DNA from: Octopus sinensis
Lineage: Eukaryota
Direction: 5' to 3'
Length of the DNA: 64,000 nucleotides
Assembly (NCBI RefSeq): GCF_006345805.1
Contig: NC_043002.1
Coordinates: forward strand, 71,982,001 to 72,046,000
A program made the position numbers and the translations under genes. The notes below the pieces were generated by a model. The model was not told where the DNA came from, did no database searches, and saw only the letters and a list, made by a program, of their open reading frames with translations. Position 1 is the first letter of the stretch, and every line of letters begins with the position of its first letter. Positions 38,327 through 51,837 of this stretch are shown here, one piece after another.

Positions 38327-39445
38327 AATTCATAAATAAGGGCAAACGAAAGAATTTCTAATGCCAAATATGCCGAAAAATTGGACATATTGTCCATTAA
38401 CCATATAATGTTTTATCACAATACGCACGCTACTCGAAAAAAGGTCGACAGAAATTTCTTTAAAATTCCATTATTACCATATCGGACCGATTTCAGGGTT
38501 AGCTCATTACAGCCCTCCCTTCGTCAGTGATACATGTACAAAAGAATTAATTGAGATACTTACTCATACTAAGTCATGAGCACAATTGAGTACCACAAAT
38601 ACATTTAAAATAGAAATACTCCAGCCCATTCGAGACACGTGCGATTTTAACTGAGGCCCTCACAGAGTGGGAGAGTCCGGAAGTGAACTCTTAAATTTAT
38701 ATCTAATGTAGGATAAATTTTTTTTCGAAAAAAGATTCTTTTCGAAAAAATTTATCAATGGCCAGCATTAGATATATATATATATATATATAGATATATA
38801 TATATATATATATACTTTCCACTTATTGCATACTGCACTTCACTATTCCCTCTTTTCTTTTGTATGTATGTACACTCCAACATCTTTCTTCATAACATTT
38901 TGTCTGAAATTCTTTGTTTTTCATGCGAATAGACTCAGTGACCTACATAACAATCAATTCTATGAACATTATGAAGGCAGTTTTATGACAAAAAAAATAT
39001 TCCGATGGACAATATGTGACACATTTGGAAACACAATGGACAAGATGTTGGCGTTGGAAAGAAAGATTCGGTAGGACAACGGAATAAATAGTGGCACTAG
39101 TGAAACAGAATAGTTGAAGGTCGAGCAAAATTAATTGCTCTCTGTTTAATTAACCGCTTTACAATCTGAGTTCAAAATCTCCCATAGATTTTTGACTTTC
39201 ATTATTCAGTGGTCGATGACCGTTCAAGTGTTTGATCTACATCTACGCTGCAAATCTGATAGGAGGGAGGAGCTTCCCTCTGTGCTACAAAAAAAAAATT
39301 GTTCCGTGGAAAGGAGCAGTGAATTGGCAATATCATTAGGGCATCGGACAAAAATGCATTGCGTTATTTGCTCCGACTTTGTACGTTTTGAGTTCAAATC
39401 TTGTCAAGATTAATTTTGCCTTTCATTTTCCCGAGTTCGAATATC

Positions 39446-39663
39446 TATTTCTTTACTACCCGCAAGGGGCTAAACACAGGGAGGACAAACAAGGACAGAC
39501 AAATGGATTAAGTCGATTATATCGACCCCAGTGCGAAACTGGTACTTATTTAATCGACCACGAAAGGATGAAAGGCAAAGTCGACCTCAGCGGAATTTGA
39601 ACTCAGAATGTAACGGCAGACGAAATACTGATAAGCATTTCACCCGGCGTGCTAACGTTTCTG
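39446..39663 (-). mobile_element. SINE family B with perfect 16-bp target-site duplication
   Basis: CCCGAGTTCGAATATC at 39430-39445 and 39664-39679; inserted in an older B-like copy. Confidence 0.85.
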
Positions 39664-41287
39664 CCCGAGTTCGAATATCAACTATTCACCAGTTTCCGAA
39701 ATTATAGGTTTTATGCCTTACCTATATCGGAAATCGAGTTCTGTTCTGCAGAAAAGGACGAAATAAATCAAACCTCCTTTCCTAGACATAGGAATGAATA
39801 TGGCCATAACACAATTTCACAAATTAACTTGTTATTGCTATCAGTATATATGAAACAATCTATATTACTATATTCTGCTGCCTGCTGTTCCCGTGTTTAT
39901 TAATGTATTACGCTATTCAAATAATAATACAGCCACATCAAACGACAGTTATAATCTTTCCAGTTGGAATTCTCCTAGTTTTATCAGGAAATGGTATTAT
40001 GAATTTTACAGGAAATTAAAATATTAATTTCCACATTAAGTACAAGGGTATACATTTCTGAGAGTAGAGATACAGTTGATTATATTACGATTACCTCCAA
40101 CAATTCATCTCAACTCCTGATTGTTACTTACATGAACCATGCGAAGATCCACGGAGTAGTGATGAGGATGTTAGACTGACGATGGTTAGGTTGTTGGTTC
40201 GGTTCTCAGATCAGGCGCGACTTCGTCTGTGAGTAAAGTCCTTGATTTCACATAGCTTCAGTCCACTCGAATTAAAATGATAGGATTCACCCTGCTGAGT
40301 TGAGATTAAGCTTGCAATGGACTGGGATCATCCAGTTTAGCAAGACGTACCAGTTTCCACCTCAGAAACGGGAATAAGCTGGAGAAAAACTTTAGCTTTA
40401 TATGAGCCTTCGAGCCTTTTAAGAATATCCGCCAAACCTTCGTCAAACCATATCCGTGCACGATAGTAATGACTAACACAGTATAATGACTAACACATTT
40501 CTAGATAGGCAATACTCATGAGAAGGGCAGAATAACCCTGTCTAGAATTTCATAAATCAAACTTCTACACAGTCAGACAGAGCCACCCTAGGGCTAAGCA
40601 ATAACTACAACTGCTACTATAATTACGACTATTACTGTTTCTTCTTCTTCTTCTTCTTCTTTCTTCTTCTTCTTCTTCTTCTTCTTCTTCTTCTTCTTCT
40701 AATCAGGATTCACGCCATTAGCCACAAAGAATAATCTCTAATTCGAGCCTACTCTAAGCTACTAAGAATGCGTGTGGCAACTTGAAGATCTACCCACCAC
40801 ACGCAATAGAATGGCGATTGCACGGGCGCGACACTCCGAGAGTTCATATCTGGGAAACCCACGCATAGATCAATGTATTGCAAATTGTTCTAGGTGTCTT
40901 TCATCTGCCATTTTCAGATCAGTGAGAAGAAAATCAATTCTATAAATGTTTCCCCGACGCAGCAAAGCAAACAAGCTTGCTAGCAATATACTATTGAATA
41001 TAGCTATAGATTTTTATTATTACCCAACATTATACGTGTTACGATGAATGTAAACATTATGTCTCTATACACAATATGTCCATGCACAGATTAGGAAAGA
41101 ACAGCTGTATATGCTGCATATTTCAACTCTGCTTGGAGTTTCATCTGTATCTGTACAAATTCCCTACTCTTCATGAACACACTGCTTATAAATCCATTTC
41201 AAATGGTTAAAGTAAACTAGATAAAGCAAATATATATGTTCAATACTTTCTTTGCAGTTTGTTCAAACACTGACTTCAAATTTTGGT

Positions 41288-41677
41288 TACAAGGCCAGAA
41301 ATGTCGGTGAAGTGAGTAAGTCGACTACATGGTCTCAGAATCCCAATGCTCGACTCCGAAAGGATGAAAGGCAAAGTTGACCTAGGCGGAATTTGAACTC
41401 AGGACGTCAACGCGAACGAAAAGCCGCTAAGCATTTTGCTCGATGTACTAACGATTCTCATTTCTTTACTATCCACAAGGGGCTAAACACAGAGGGACAA
41501 ACAAGGACAGACACACGGATTAAGTCGATTATATCGACCCCAGTGCGTAACTGGTACTTAATTTATCGACCCCGAAAGGATGAAAGACAAAGTCGACCTC
41601 GGCGGAATTTGAACTCAGAACGTGACGGCAGACGAAATACGGCTACGCATTTCGCCCGGCGTGCTAACGATTCTGCC
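41288..41677 (-). mobile_element. SINE family B dimer
   Basis: Two reverse-oriented central domains. Confidence 0.8.
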
Positions 41678-41895
41678 ATCTCGTCAACTTAGATCTACTA
41701 TATAAGAAAATATAGAATTTCACACCGCTGTGATATCTTATTCTCTTGTTGAACGTGTGAGTATGACATGTGAGCGTGAGTGTGTGTTTGCACGTCCGTT
41801 TAAGAACATTTGTGTGTTTGTGTGTTAGGGAGAGAGAGGGAGTATGTATCTGTGTATATGAGTTGTAGCGTGTTTATTTAAATGCTTGACAAAAA

Positions 41896-42591
41896 TATAT
41901 GTATCAGATAAATTCGTTCGTTTCTTTCCATTTATTTTAATTTTTTCAAAATTATTTAAATAAACGCGAAAAATAATTTTATCGTAATGCTTTATTGCCT
42001 TTTTTTTTTTTAGTTGCATTCTTCTGCAACGATTGTTTTTCGTTTTTGAAATTCCAATAACTTTTACATATTTCAAACATATGATGTTGGAGTACCACCT
42101 GGAAACAAATGAGTATTTTCGATACCTGTTTCTCTTCGCTTTCAAACTGGATTCCAAAGCCGCCCAAAGTCACTCAAGACATTTATGCTGTGTACTGAGG
42201 AGGCGTTATTACTGAAAGAACTGCGCAGAAAGAGTTTCCACGCTTCAAAGACTCCGGTTCCGGCCTCTCTGTTTAGTATAATGAGGATCGATTAAACGAG
42301 TTCATCGACGAGGAGCCGCACCAATCCACTAGACAAGTGACCCAGCAGATGGGACACTCTCATGATATCGTCACCCATCAACCTCACTTGATGGGTGAGG
42401 TCCAAGACCTCAGCGCTCTTCTATCACCAGTTTACTTGACACCAGGCTACCCGAGGACAGAAGCAGAGAAGTCGTGGACAATGAAGGTGCATACATTATT
42501 GACTGATTTTTTTTAAAAAAAGCTTTTGATGAAAAAATAAGGATTACAATAAATGGAAGAAAAATGGACGAATTTATCTGACAACCCAATA
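41896..42591 (+). mobile_element. Decayed, internally deleted mariner element
   Basis: Imperfect TIRs (TCAGATAAATTCGT../..ACGAATTTATCTGACAACCCAATA). N-terminal LEYHLETNEYFRYLFLFAF and C-terminal VVDNEGAYIID* remnants. Confidence 0.7.
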
Positions 42592-42838
42592 AATATGAAT
42601 GTGTTTATGTATCTAAGTGTAAATATGTTTGTGTGTGTGAATGCACGAGAACATGTGAGTGTGTGTGTGTAAAATGTTTCTTTTCATTATGAGATACGTT
42701 TTATTGAGTATCTGATTTTATTGTGTTTGCAATCTTAATGCACAAATATATGCTGCAAATAATTCGAAATATAAAACAAACACAATACAGACAAGGTCTA
42801 ATCCATACGTTCTATATACATACATAAACTCTCACTCC

Positions 42839-42876
<38 letters not shown>

Positions 42877-43009
42877 CTCTCTCTCTATCTCTCACTCGCT
42901 CGCTCATTCACTCGATACATATTATTTCAACGTGATGTATTTATAATTACAATATTGAATAATGCGTTGGCTTATAATTTATAGATCAATTTGCCCAGCT
43001 ACAGGCTAA

Positions 43010-43480
43010 CAACACAGGAGATCGTTTAAAAAATTCAGGTCATCTCTTATGAAGTCCGGTATATGCTGGAGAATAGGTTTTAGGAGGACGCCAACAAAGT
43101 TACTGAGTCTGTATGTCTCACTGGAAGGCCCAGCCACAACTGGCCTCAATTTGAGATCTCTCGCAAGTAGAATATTTATGATTACAGAAGTTGATCTGCT
43201 ACAGGGTTCATTTATGGCTTCACTTTTGTGGATTTTTGGAAGTCCACAGAAGTTACTGGTTTTGCAGTCAAATCTAGTTAAGTAATCCCTTCCTTTTCCC
43301 GTTAAATCTTATTAGAACTGATGGATAAGGGTGGTAAGTTTTGCCATTAATTTTGATTGACTGTAATTGTTGATTCTTTCGAAGTATGTATTGTCTTGGA
43401 CTTTCAATTATATATATTTGCTATGATCTTCACCGAATATTTACACTTATATTACTATCAATTCCTGTGAAACTCATTCA
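43010..43480 (-). mobile_element. Penelope-like RT N-terminal fragment
   Basis: YLTRFDCKTSNFCGLPKIHKS..DLKLRPVVAGPSSETYRLSNFVGVLLKPILQHIPDFIRDDLNFLNDL. Confidence 0.8.
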
Positions 43481-43504
43481 AATTTCTGTGAACATATGCA
43501 CATT

Positions 43505-43830
43505 TCACTCTTTTACTCTTTTACTTGTTTCAGTCATTTGACTGCGGCCATGCTGGAGCACCGCCTTTAGTCGAGAAAATCGACCCCAGGAATTATTCTT
43601 TGTAAGCCCAGTACATATTCTATCGGTTTCTTTTGCCGAACCGCTAAGTTACGGGGACATAAACACACCGGTATCGGTTGTCGAGCGATGTTAGTGGGAC
43701 AAACACAGACACACAAACATATACACCTATATATATATGTATATATACGACGGGCTTCTTTCAGTTTCCGTCTACCAAATCCACTCACAAGGCTTTGGTT
43801 GGCCCGAGGCTATAATAGAAGACAAATTTC
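43505..43830 (-). mobile_element. SINE family A (head truncated)
   Basis: Tail and body match family A. Confidence 0.85.
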
Positions 43831-44057
43831 AGGCCTTGTACCTATAGTGGAAAGGATTATTATTTTATTATTATTTACTTTTGATTACTTCGATTCACCA
43901 GTTAAAATAATTCCTTTAATTTACACCCGCTGACTCCGATATAGGCTACGGATACCCAGCTCAAACACCCGTTGTGAACATTGATCCTAATGGTTTACCA
44001 ATTGCCGCACTCACACAGCGTACCCATTAGTTTAGATCATCAGTGGCCTTCCTAATT

Positions 44058-44124
<67 letters not shown>

Positions 44125-44139
44125 GGGAGAGAGAGAGAG

Positions 44140-44403
44140 GGAGGTTATGAGAGGTAATGGTGTCAGTGAGATCCAGAGGTGTCAGGAAATGGTGAGTAAG
44201 TGCTATGGATAGACCATAGTTGAGTTCCAGGTTCGGTGATTATGCGAATAAGGGGTTCAACGTAGGTCATATATCAGCGTGTGTATATAACTTTTTTTCC
44301 GTAATAAGGCAAAAAACCAAGGCTGTGTCGATTTTAGAACATTTATAAATAGAAGGTCTTACAGCTGTTTCTAGGATATTTATTATATCCTTTCATCGGA
44401 GAC
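44140..44403 (-). mobile_element. Penelope-like terminal repeat, same family as 13950-14220
   Basis: Shared AATAAGGGGTTCAACGT..GGTCATAT and CCAAGGCTGTGT..GAACATTTATA blocks. Confidence 0.65.
44355..44403 (-). ncRNA. Type I hammerhead-like motif (U4C)
   Basis: RC: GUCU-CCGAUGA-A-AGGAUAU-AAUAA-AUAUCCU-A-GAAA-C-AGCU-G-UA-AGAC. Perfect 7-bp helix II. Confidence 0.55.
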
Positions 44404-44471
44404 GATGAAGGGATATAATAAATATCCTAGAAACGTGTCTTCGTCTTTGTTTCTCTATAAATTTGAGCTAT

Positions 44472-44544
<73 letters not shown>

Positions 44545-44548
<4 letters not shown>

Positions 44549-44772
44549 GTGTCTGTGTCTTTGTATCAGTGTTTTTCCCACCACCATCATGGCTTGAGAA
44601 CCGGCGTTGGTGAGTTTACTTCCCCGTAACTTAGCGGTTCGGCAAAAGAAACCGATACAGTAAGTACCAGGCTTAAAAGATAAGTACTGGGGTCGATTCA
44701 TTCGACTAAAAATTCAAGGTAATGCCCCAGTATGGCCGCAGTCCAATGGCTGAAACAATTAAAAGATAAAAG
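44545..44772 (+). mobile_element. SINE family A-like, 3' half
   Basis: Body ..CTTAGCGGTTCGGCAAAAG.. and tail GGCCGCAGTCCAATGGCTGAAAC. Confidence 0.7.
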
Positions 44773-47132
44773 ATGTGTGTGCATGGTTATACAGTATACA
44801 CTGGAAATTATCTCATTTGATAATCAAAATATGGATATCCTACATGCATAGAAATGTAATATTTAATAATTATATATAAATGTATAATGTTGATTGCAGT
44901 CTGAACCTACACTAGGGCAATGATTGTCGGGTTTTAGTTGCTGATGTCAACTCTCAGTCTTCACAATTACATTTCGAGAAGGGGAAATAACTGTTAACCC
45001 GGGCCGTGTTCGGATTCGGAACGTAAACTGCTGTAATACCCACTACCAATTTTACCATTACTCTTTAACTCACGCACGCACACACACACACACACACACA
45101 TACGTACATATGTACTTACATTTCAAGTGATGAGAACAATAATTATCTAAATGTTGAATTGTGGTCGAAAAGATAGGGAGTGCGACAATGACATTTCTTA
45201 TCTTTTATCTTTTACTTGTTTCAGTCATTAGAGTCCAATTAATTAAGCCCAGGACTCATTATGTTTTTTTAAGCCCGGTACTTATTCTACCGCACTCTTT
45301 TTATGAACTGTTAAGTTGAGGGGACGTAAACACACCAACACCGGAAGAACCACAGATACAAAGACACACGCACATATACACATATATAACCTGAGACCAT
45401 GTGGGTTGGACAAACTTATTACTATACATCTACGCCTTCACCTAAATTTTTATAGTTAACTAAAAATAATTAATATGTAATGGAGCGATGATTGAATGTG
45501 GTATTTCAGTCTTGGGACAATTCTCGGTGTGCTTCCATCTTATTAGTCCTCGTCAGGAAAGTATAGTTTAATCGTAACTGCAGATCGTTAATGAAAGGTG
45601 TATAATAAGATTTTATGAACTAAAAATAAATGTTGTAACTCAAAAGAATGGTTGAGGTAATTTACATATCACTTGATGAGGACCATAATTAGAAAATTAA
45701 TTAATTTGTAAAATTAATTAAATATGGTTTGCACTAAGGAATTAATCTGACTTTTCGCAGTACTGGGGCAACTTTGGGTGCATATCCTTCTTATTGGTCA
45801 TCCGCTGTGAATCGTAACCGTTGAAGCAGGTCTTTGATGACTAGCCAGGTGTCTGTAGAAGTTTTATGATTTAAGATTCAAAATTGTTATAATTTAAAAG
45901 AACGGCTGAATTATACACCCAAAGATGTTAGGGTTATGTCTAGTGTTCGTGGGCAGAACGCCAGAGTAGTGTATACTCGTACACTAGCAGTTTGCCACTT
46001 AACGAATCTTCAGCCACACCTATTTCCTCTTCATTTAAGCCTAACCTTAATACCTCTCACGTCATGCGTGCCATGGTTGAACACAGACCACCAACCTAAC
46101 ATTCATAGCTAAAATGTGAGTAAAAACATTGCACTTTTGTAATATGTCTTCTCAGAAAACCACATCATCGATATCATGAACAAGGTCCTCACACACACAC
46201 CTCAGAAAATGCCAGTCATAGACGATCTATGATATTGAATACGGCGTATTATATACTAAAGATCAGATATCAACAAATCGTTTCTAGCTTTAATGTAAGA
46301 AAATTGAAAGACCTAAATGCCCGTATGGGGATACATTTGCTACACATATCTCTCTCCCCGCTCTTCCTCCTCATCTCCCCCTCTTTCTTTCTGTCTCTCT
46401 CCCAACATACACTCACATATATATATTGTATATATATATATGAAGAAGGAAGGAGCACTCCGTCGGTTACGACGAGGAGAATCCCTGTTGATACGATCAT
46501 CTGAAGATCTTGCTTGTGAAATTCACATGCCAACTTTAAGTCATCCAACACCTGACTACTTCCACTCATTCATATTCTTCCTTCTTCTTCTTCTTCTTCT
46601 TTTTCTTCTTCTTCTTCTCCTTCTCCTTCTTCTTCTTCTCCCCCTTCTCCTTCCTAACTTTATCACGAATGCTTTTTAGTATAACACCCACGCAAATTCT
46701 ATAAACAAACCTTTCAATACAAATATTTTCATGAATTGAACAGCAACTGCTGACCTCTACTGACTATTCAGAATACGACAATCAAGACACTCCCAAATTC
46801 TCCCTCCCATTCTTCTCCTCCTCCTCCTCCTCCTTCTTCTTCTTCTTCTTCCCTACCAAGAATTCACAACGACTTTGAACCCACAAGAGTAAACAAGAGA
46901 GACAGAGAAAGGCAGAAACAAGGAAAATGGCACTTATATTTGAACACTATACAAATATTCTTTTTAAAAAACTTTTCTTTTAATTTTTCTAAATTTAATT
47001 ATTTAATTATTACAATTGAAAAGGTCTCAAATGACGGAAACCGGTACTGAAATGTTCTTTATAAAATTATTTTAGCATTTTCTAGCTTGACTTGTTTTTT
47101 CATATATATATATATATATATATATACATTCT

Positions 47133-47522
47133 CTCTTTACTCTTTTACTTGTTTCAGTCATTTGACTGCGGCCATGCTGGAGCACCGCCTTTAATCGAGC
47201 AACTCGACCCCGGGACTTATTCTTCGTAAACCCAGTACTTATTCTATCGGACTCTTTTGCCGAACCGCTAGTTGACGGGGACATAAACACACCAGCATCG
47301 GTTGTCAAGCAATGCTAGGGGGACAAACACAAACATACACGCACACACATATATACATATATATATACATATATACGATAGGCTTCTTTCAGTTTCCGTC
47401 TACCAAATCCACTCACAAGGCCTTGGTCGGCCCGAGGCTATAGCAGAAGACACTTGCCCAAGGTGCCACGCAGTGGGATTGAACCCGGAACCATGTGGTT
47501 AGTAAACAAGCTACTCCTGCGC
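47133..47522 (-). mobile_element. SINE family A
   Basis: Full head-to-tail match. Confidence 0.85.
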
Positions 47523-47624
<102 letters not shown>

Positions 47625-47640
47625 ATATATATATCTGTGG

Positions 47641-47676
<36 letters not shown>

Positions 47677-47687
47677 CTGTGGATATA

Positions 47688-47740
<53 letters not shown>

Positions 47741-48190
47741 GTAAAAATAATTACAGACATGGACAAGAACATGAAACACCAAAGAGACGACACAAGAACC
47801 ACAGGACGGGACATTCGAAGCCCTCAGTCATCAGTCAAGAACCAGATCATCTTAGCAATTTCGGCTGATTAATCTTGAGATTGCTCCGATTTGGCAGCCC
47901 CGCCAAGGGAAATCTAAGCCAAGCGCATTAGATCCCCTGGAAGAAAAGCTTCGAATGTATACAACACGAGGACGGAAAACGAACGAAGTACACGAACAAA
48001 ATACAGAATACGTGACACCAATAAGAATACAAAAACGTAAAAACAATAACGGTAAAATAAAAAACAAAACAAAACCAGGACGTAGGACAAGGGTCTTTCG
48101 ACAGGACGAGTTGAGTTTAGGGCTGGCTTATGAAGTTGTGCCTAATGGCCGCAGGGAGACGAACAAATACGTGTTGCTTATATATATATA

Positions 48191-48434
48191 TATACAATAT
48201 GTTACATTACTCGGTAGTCAAGATAAAACTCTGAGTTTCAGTTGCCGAGGTGGAAATCCACAACACCATCTCTTCGGTTATCTGGCTATTTGAAAACGTT
48301 ATGAAAAAATAGAGGTATTTTTTCATAACGTTTTCAAATAGCCAGATAACCGAAGAGATGGTGTTGTGGATTTCCACTTAGGCATCTGAACTCAGAGTTT
48401 TATCTTGACTACCGAGTAATGTAACATATTGTAT
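48191..48434. repeat. Near-perfect ~120-bp fold-back (48191-48311 / 48316-48434)
   Basis: Centre ATGAAAAAATA-GAGG-TATTTTTTCAT; arms differ at a few positions. Confidence 0.9.
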
Positions 48435-48502
48435 AGATAAATTTCCTCTATTTACATAATATTGAGGTCTCTTTCTTTCTTTTGTTATCTTACCGTTTTA
48501 TC

Positions 48503-48535
<33 letters not shown>

Positions 48536-48912
48536 ACGGGAAGCTTTATGAAAATAAACAAAAGACGAAGAGCAGGGGAAGACAAACGAACAATTGTATT
48601 AGTATGGCGCTCAGGAAATATAAATAAAACAAGTCTCTTAACGTTTCGAGCCTACACTCTTCAACAGAAAGATACACAGAGAGAGAAAAACACAGAAAGA
48701 AGGAGAGAAAAAAAATGCGTGCAGTAGCTAACGAATCAACATGGCGATCTGATTTCGGCCAGAGGTCAAAGATCAAACATGAGACGCGAGAGCGAAATAA
48801 GGGGAGATAATAGGGTTGATAAAAGGGTTGAGTGACCAGCTAAAAGTGCGTGGGAGGGGTCTGGATGTGTGTATGTATGTATAGGGTGGTGTATGTATTA
48901 GTATGTATACGG

Positions 48913-48943
<31 letters not shown>

Positions 48944-51418
48944 AGAGAGTATTAGTGCGTAAGATTGGTCTGGACGTGCGTAAGTATGGGGTTGGTGTAT
49001 GTATTAGTATGTATTAGTATGTATTAGTACGTATTGGTATGTATAGGGTGTGTGTGTGTGTGTGTGAGAGTATAAGTGCGTATGCGGGGTCTGGACGTGT
49101 GTATGTATAGGGTTGGTGTAAGTATTAGTATGTACTAGTATGTATTAGTACGTATTAGTATGTATTAGTTGGTGTGTGTATTAGTATGGCACATCGTATG
49201 TGATGTGATGTGTAAAGTCATGTGGTGTAGTGAGGAAAGAGGGGGAGGGGGAGAAGAGGGGGGAGAGAAGGGGAGGGGAAGAAGAGGGGAGGAGAAGGGG
49301 GAAGAGGAGACGATGGGGGAGAAGGAAGGTGAGGAGGGGGATGAAGGAGGAAAGGGAGAGGGGGAGAGAGAGAAGGGGAGAGAGGGAGTGAGGGAGCAGG
49401 AAAGGGGAAAAGGGAGGGGGAAAGAGGGAAGAAGGGAAGGAGTAGGGTGAAAGGATGAAGGACTGAGGAAGTAGGGGTCGGGGTGGGAGAAAGGATGGTG
49501 AGGAGGGGGGAGAGGGGGGTTTTAGATGAGGAGGGGGGAGAGTTGAGACCAAATGGCGTATAAGAGCGAAGAGAGAAGATTAATTCCTGTTCACACGGGC
49601 AAACGGAATCCGGATGGCCTCTGTGTAAGGACAAACGAACACAGATAGGTGTTGCAAGGAGTGACCGGTGGAGCGAAATGGCGTGAGACCGGTGTGTCGT
49701 TCGCAAGGTGGATGTCACGAAGGTGTTCCGCGAACCGGTCAGTCAGCGGCGTCCCGTTTGTCCGATGTACAAGGAATTGCAGAGAGAGCAAGAGATGCAA
49801 TAGATAATATTGCTGGAGGTGCAGGTGAAGGAGTGGATGATGGGATAGGGTCGATGGTGGGTGCTAGTGAGGCGGTGGTGTTTTGGGAGGTAAGGGCAAG
49901 TGCGGCAACGTGGGCGGGAGCAGGGGAACGAGCCGGGTGGGAGGTAGGGTCAGGGAAGGAGCTATGGACCAAAAGGTCTCGAAGGTTGTGGGCTCGTTTG
50001 AAAGAGGGGAGGGGTCGGTTAGGGAAGAGGTGTGAAGTGGACGGGTCGGACTGGAGATGACGGAAAGCTCGAAGAATGGTGCGTTGGAGACGTAGGGTCA
50101 TGGGTGGTAAGTGAGGGGAAAAGGGAGGCGGGAGACTACAGGGCGGTTTCGGGGAGAGAGAGCAGATACACGGTCCACGGACCGTGCTCTGGCAAGGGCG
50201 TGTGGATAGTGGTGAGGGGGTATCCACGTAGGGTGAATTGGTGAGCCATACGTTGAGACTGAGTCTCAAAGTCATGGTCGTCACTACAGAGCCTACGTAG
50301 ACGGAGGAATTGGGAATAGGGGATGGAAAGCTTGGTGTGTTCTGGGTGGGAGGAAGAGAAGTTGAGGTATGAGTGTGAGTCTGTGTGTTTGTAGTGAATG
50401 GAGGTGGTAAGAGTTGGAGTGAAGAATGCTAACCGAAATGTCGAGGAAGGAGACAGAGGTGTTGGAGATAGTGGAAGTGAAGTGGAGGGCTGGATGGAAA
50501 GATTGACGAAAGAGAGGAAGGAATCTAGATGTTCGCGGGAGAGTGAGGTGGCACCGATAATGTCGTCAATATAACGACCATATAGTTCAGGAGTGGGACC
50601 AGTGAAATTAGAGAATATTTGGGCCTCAATAGCCAACGAACAGGTTCGCATAGTTGGGGCCCATTCGCGTTCCCATGGCCACTCCCGAGACCTGATGGTA
50701 GAAACTCGCCCGCGAACGAGAAGCAGTTCAGAGTAAGGACAAGTTCGGCCAGACGAATGAGTGTGGAGGTGTCAGGTACAGGGTTAGAGCGGAGGTCAAG
50801 AAAGTGTCGAAGGGCCTGCAGTCCTTTTCTGGTGAGGGTTAACAGTATAAGGCTTTGGATGTCCATAGTAAAAAGGATTTTGGAGGAGCCGGGAGGAAAG
50901 GAGAAAGAGTTGAAAAGCCGGAGAGCATGGTTGGTATCGTGGATGTGGGAGGGAAGAGATGCCACTAGGGGGGCAAGGACACGGTCGAGGTATTTAGAGA
51001 TGAGCTCCGTGTGGCAGTTACAGGCAGAGACGATGGGGCGGCCAGGGTTGTTGGGTTTGTGATTTTGGGGAGGAAGTAAATAGTGGGGGTACGTGGGGTT
51101 CGCACAATTAGGTTGGATGCGGTGCGGGGGAGACGGGAGGACGAGATGAGGTCTTGGACAGTAGAGGATACCGTCTGTTGGTAGCTACGTGTGGGGTTAG
51201 AGGCAGAGGGGATAGAAGGAGGTGTCATTGAGTGGCGGAAAGCCTCGGCCCTATAGAGGTCCGCGCGCCACACCACTACAGCTCCACCCTTGTCAGCCGG
51301 TTTGATGATAATGTCAGCGCGCCGTTGGAGGGAACGAAGAGCCAAGAGCTCAGCCGGGGAGATGTTGAGGCGGCGTTGGCGCCTGGAGAAGTTGAACCGC
51401 TCCAATGCACGCTGACAT
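48536..51418 (-). mobile_element. 5'-truncated Penelope-like (Neptune-type) retroelement: RT, GIY-YIG and long 3' region
   Basis: Frameshifted ORF with IIIKPADKGGAVVVW, FTMDIQSL, RYIDD (50576-62), HTDSHSYL, IPYSQFLRLRRLCS, FKRAHNLRDLLV, and IYCISCSLCNSLYIGQTGRRLTDRFAEHLRDI, ending near 49540. Then a pyrimidine tract, repeats and a hammerhead-like terminus at (TA)n. Confidence 0.95.
48634..48672 (-). ncRNA. Minimal hammerhead-like motif with A6U core
   Basis: RC: UCUUU-CUGUUGA-A-GAGU-GUAG-GCUC-GAAA-CGUU-AAG. Confidence 0.45.
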
Positions 51419-51837
51419 ATATATATATTGATTGATTGATTGATTCTAGTTTCAGCTCACGAGCTGTGGCCATGCTGGGGCACACAGACAAACACACAAA
51501 CACAAATATATTTTTTGTTGATGTCATCATTCAAAATAGAATGCTTATATATGTAGCACAAACCATTTGCATGCGCATATTCTTTTAATATGTAGCAAAA
51601 TTAAGAGAGTGACTCAAGGCCCGACAGTTCCCTGCCCAGGTACTTACCAAATTTATATTGTCATTCTACTATTTCTTCTTAATATTACTAAAAATACATA
51701 TATATGTGTGTACTTTTGTGCGTACATATACACACACACACATATATAGATAGATATTTGTATGTGTACTATTTCGAATGGGGATGTCAACGATAAATAT
51801 ATATGTGTGTATGTGTGAATACTATTAAGTGTGTGTG

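Noticed and set aside
38640-38760. Promoter (CCGGAAGT ETS-like site plus AT-rich hairpin)
   Set aside because: A single short motif with no supporting CpG-rich context or transcript evidence.
45495-45740. CTGACGA-GGAC..GTCC (minus) and TTGATGA-GGACCATA..TATGGTTT (plus) motifs
   Set aside because: GAAA is displaced by 7 nt or absent, and there is no helix I. Too degenerate to support.
49169-49718. G/E/R-rich and P/S/L-rich ORFs
   Set aside because: Purine/pyrimidine low-complexity 3' region of the PLE; only the part above ~49540 is real endonuclease sequence.
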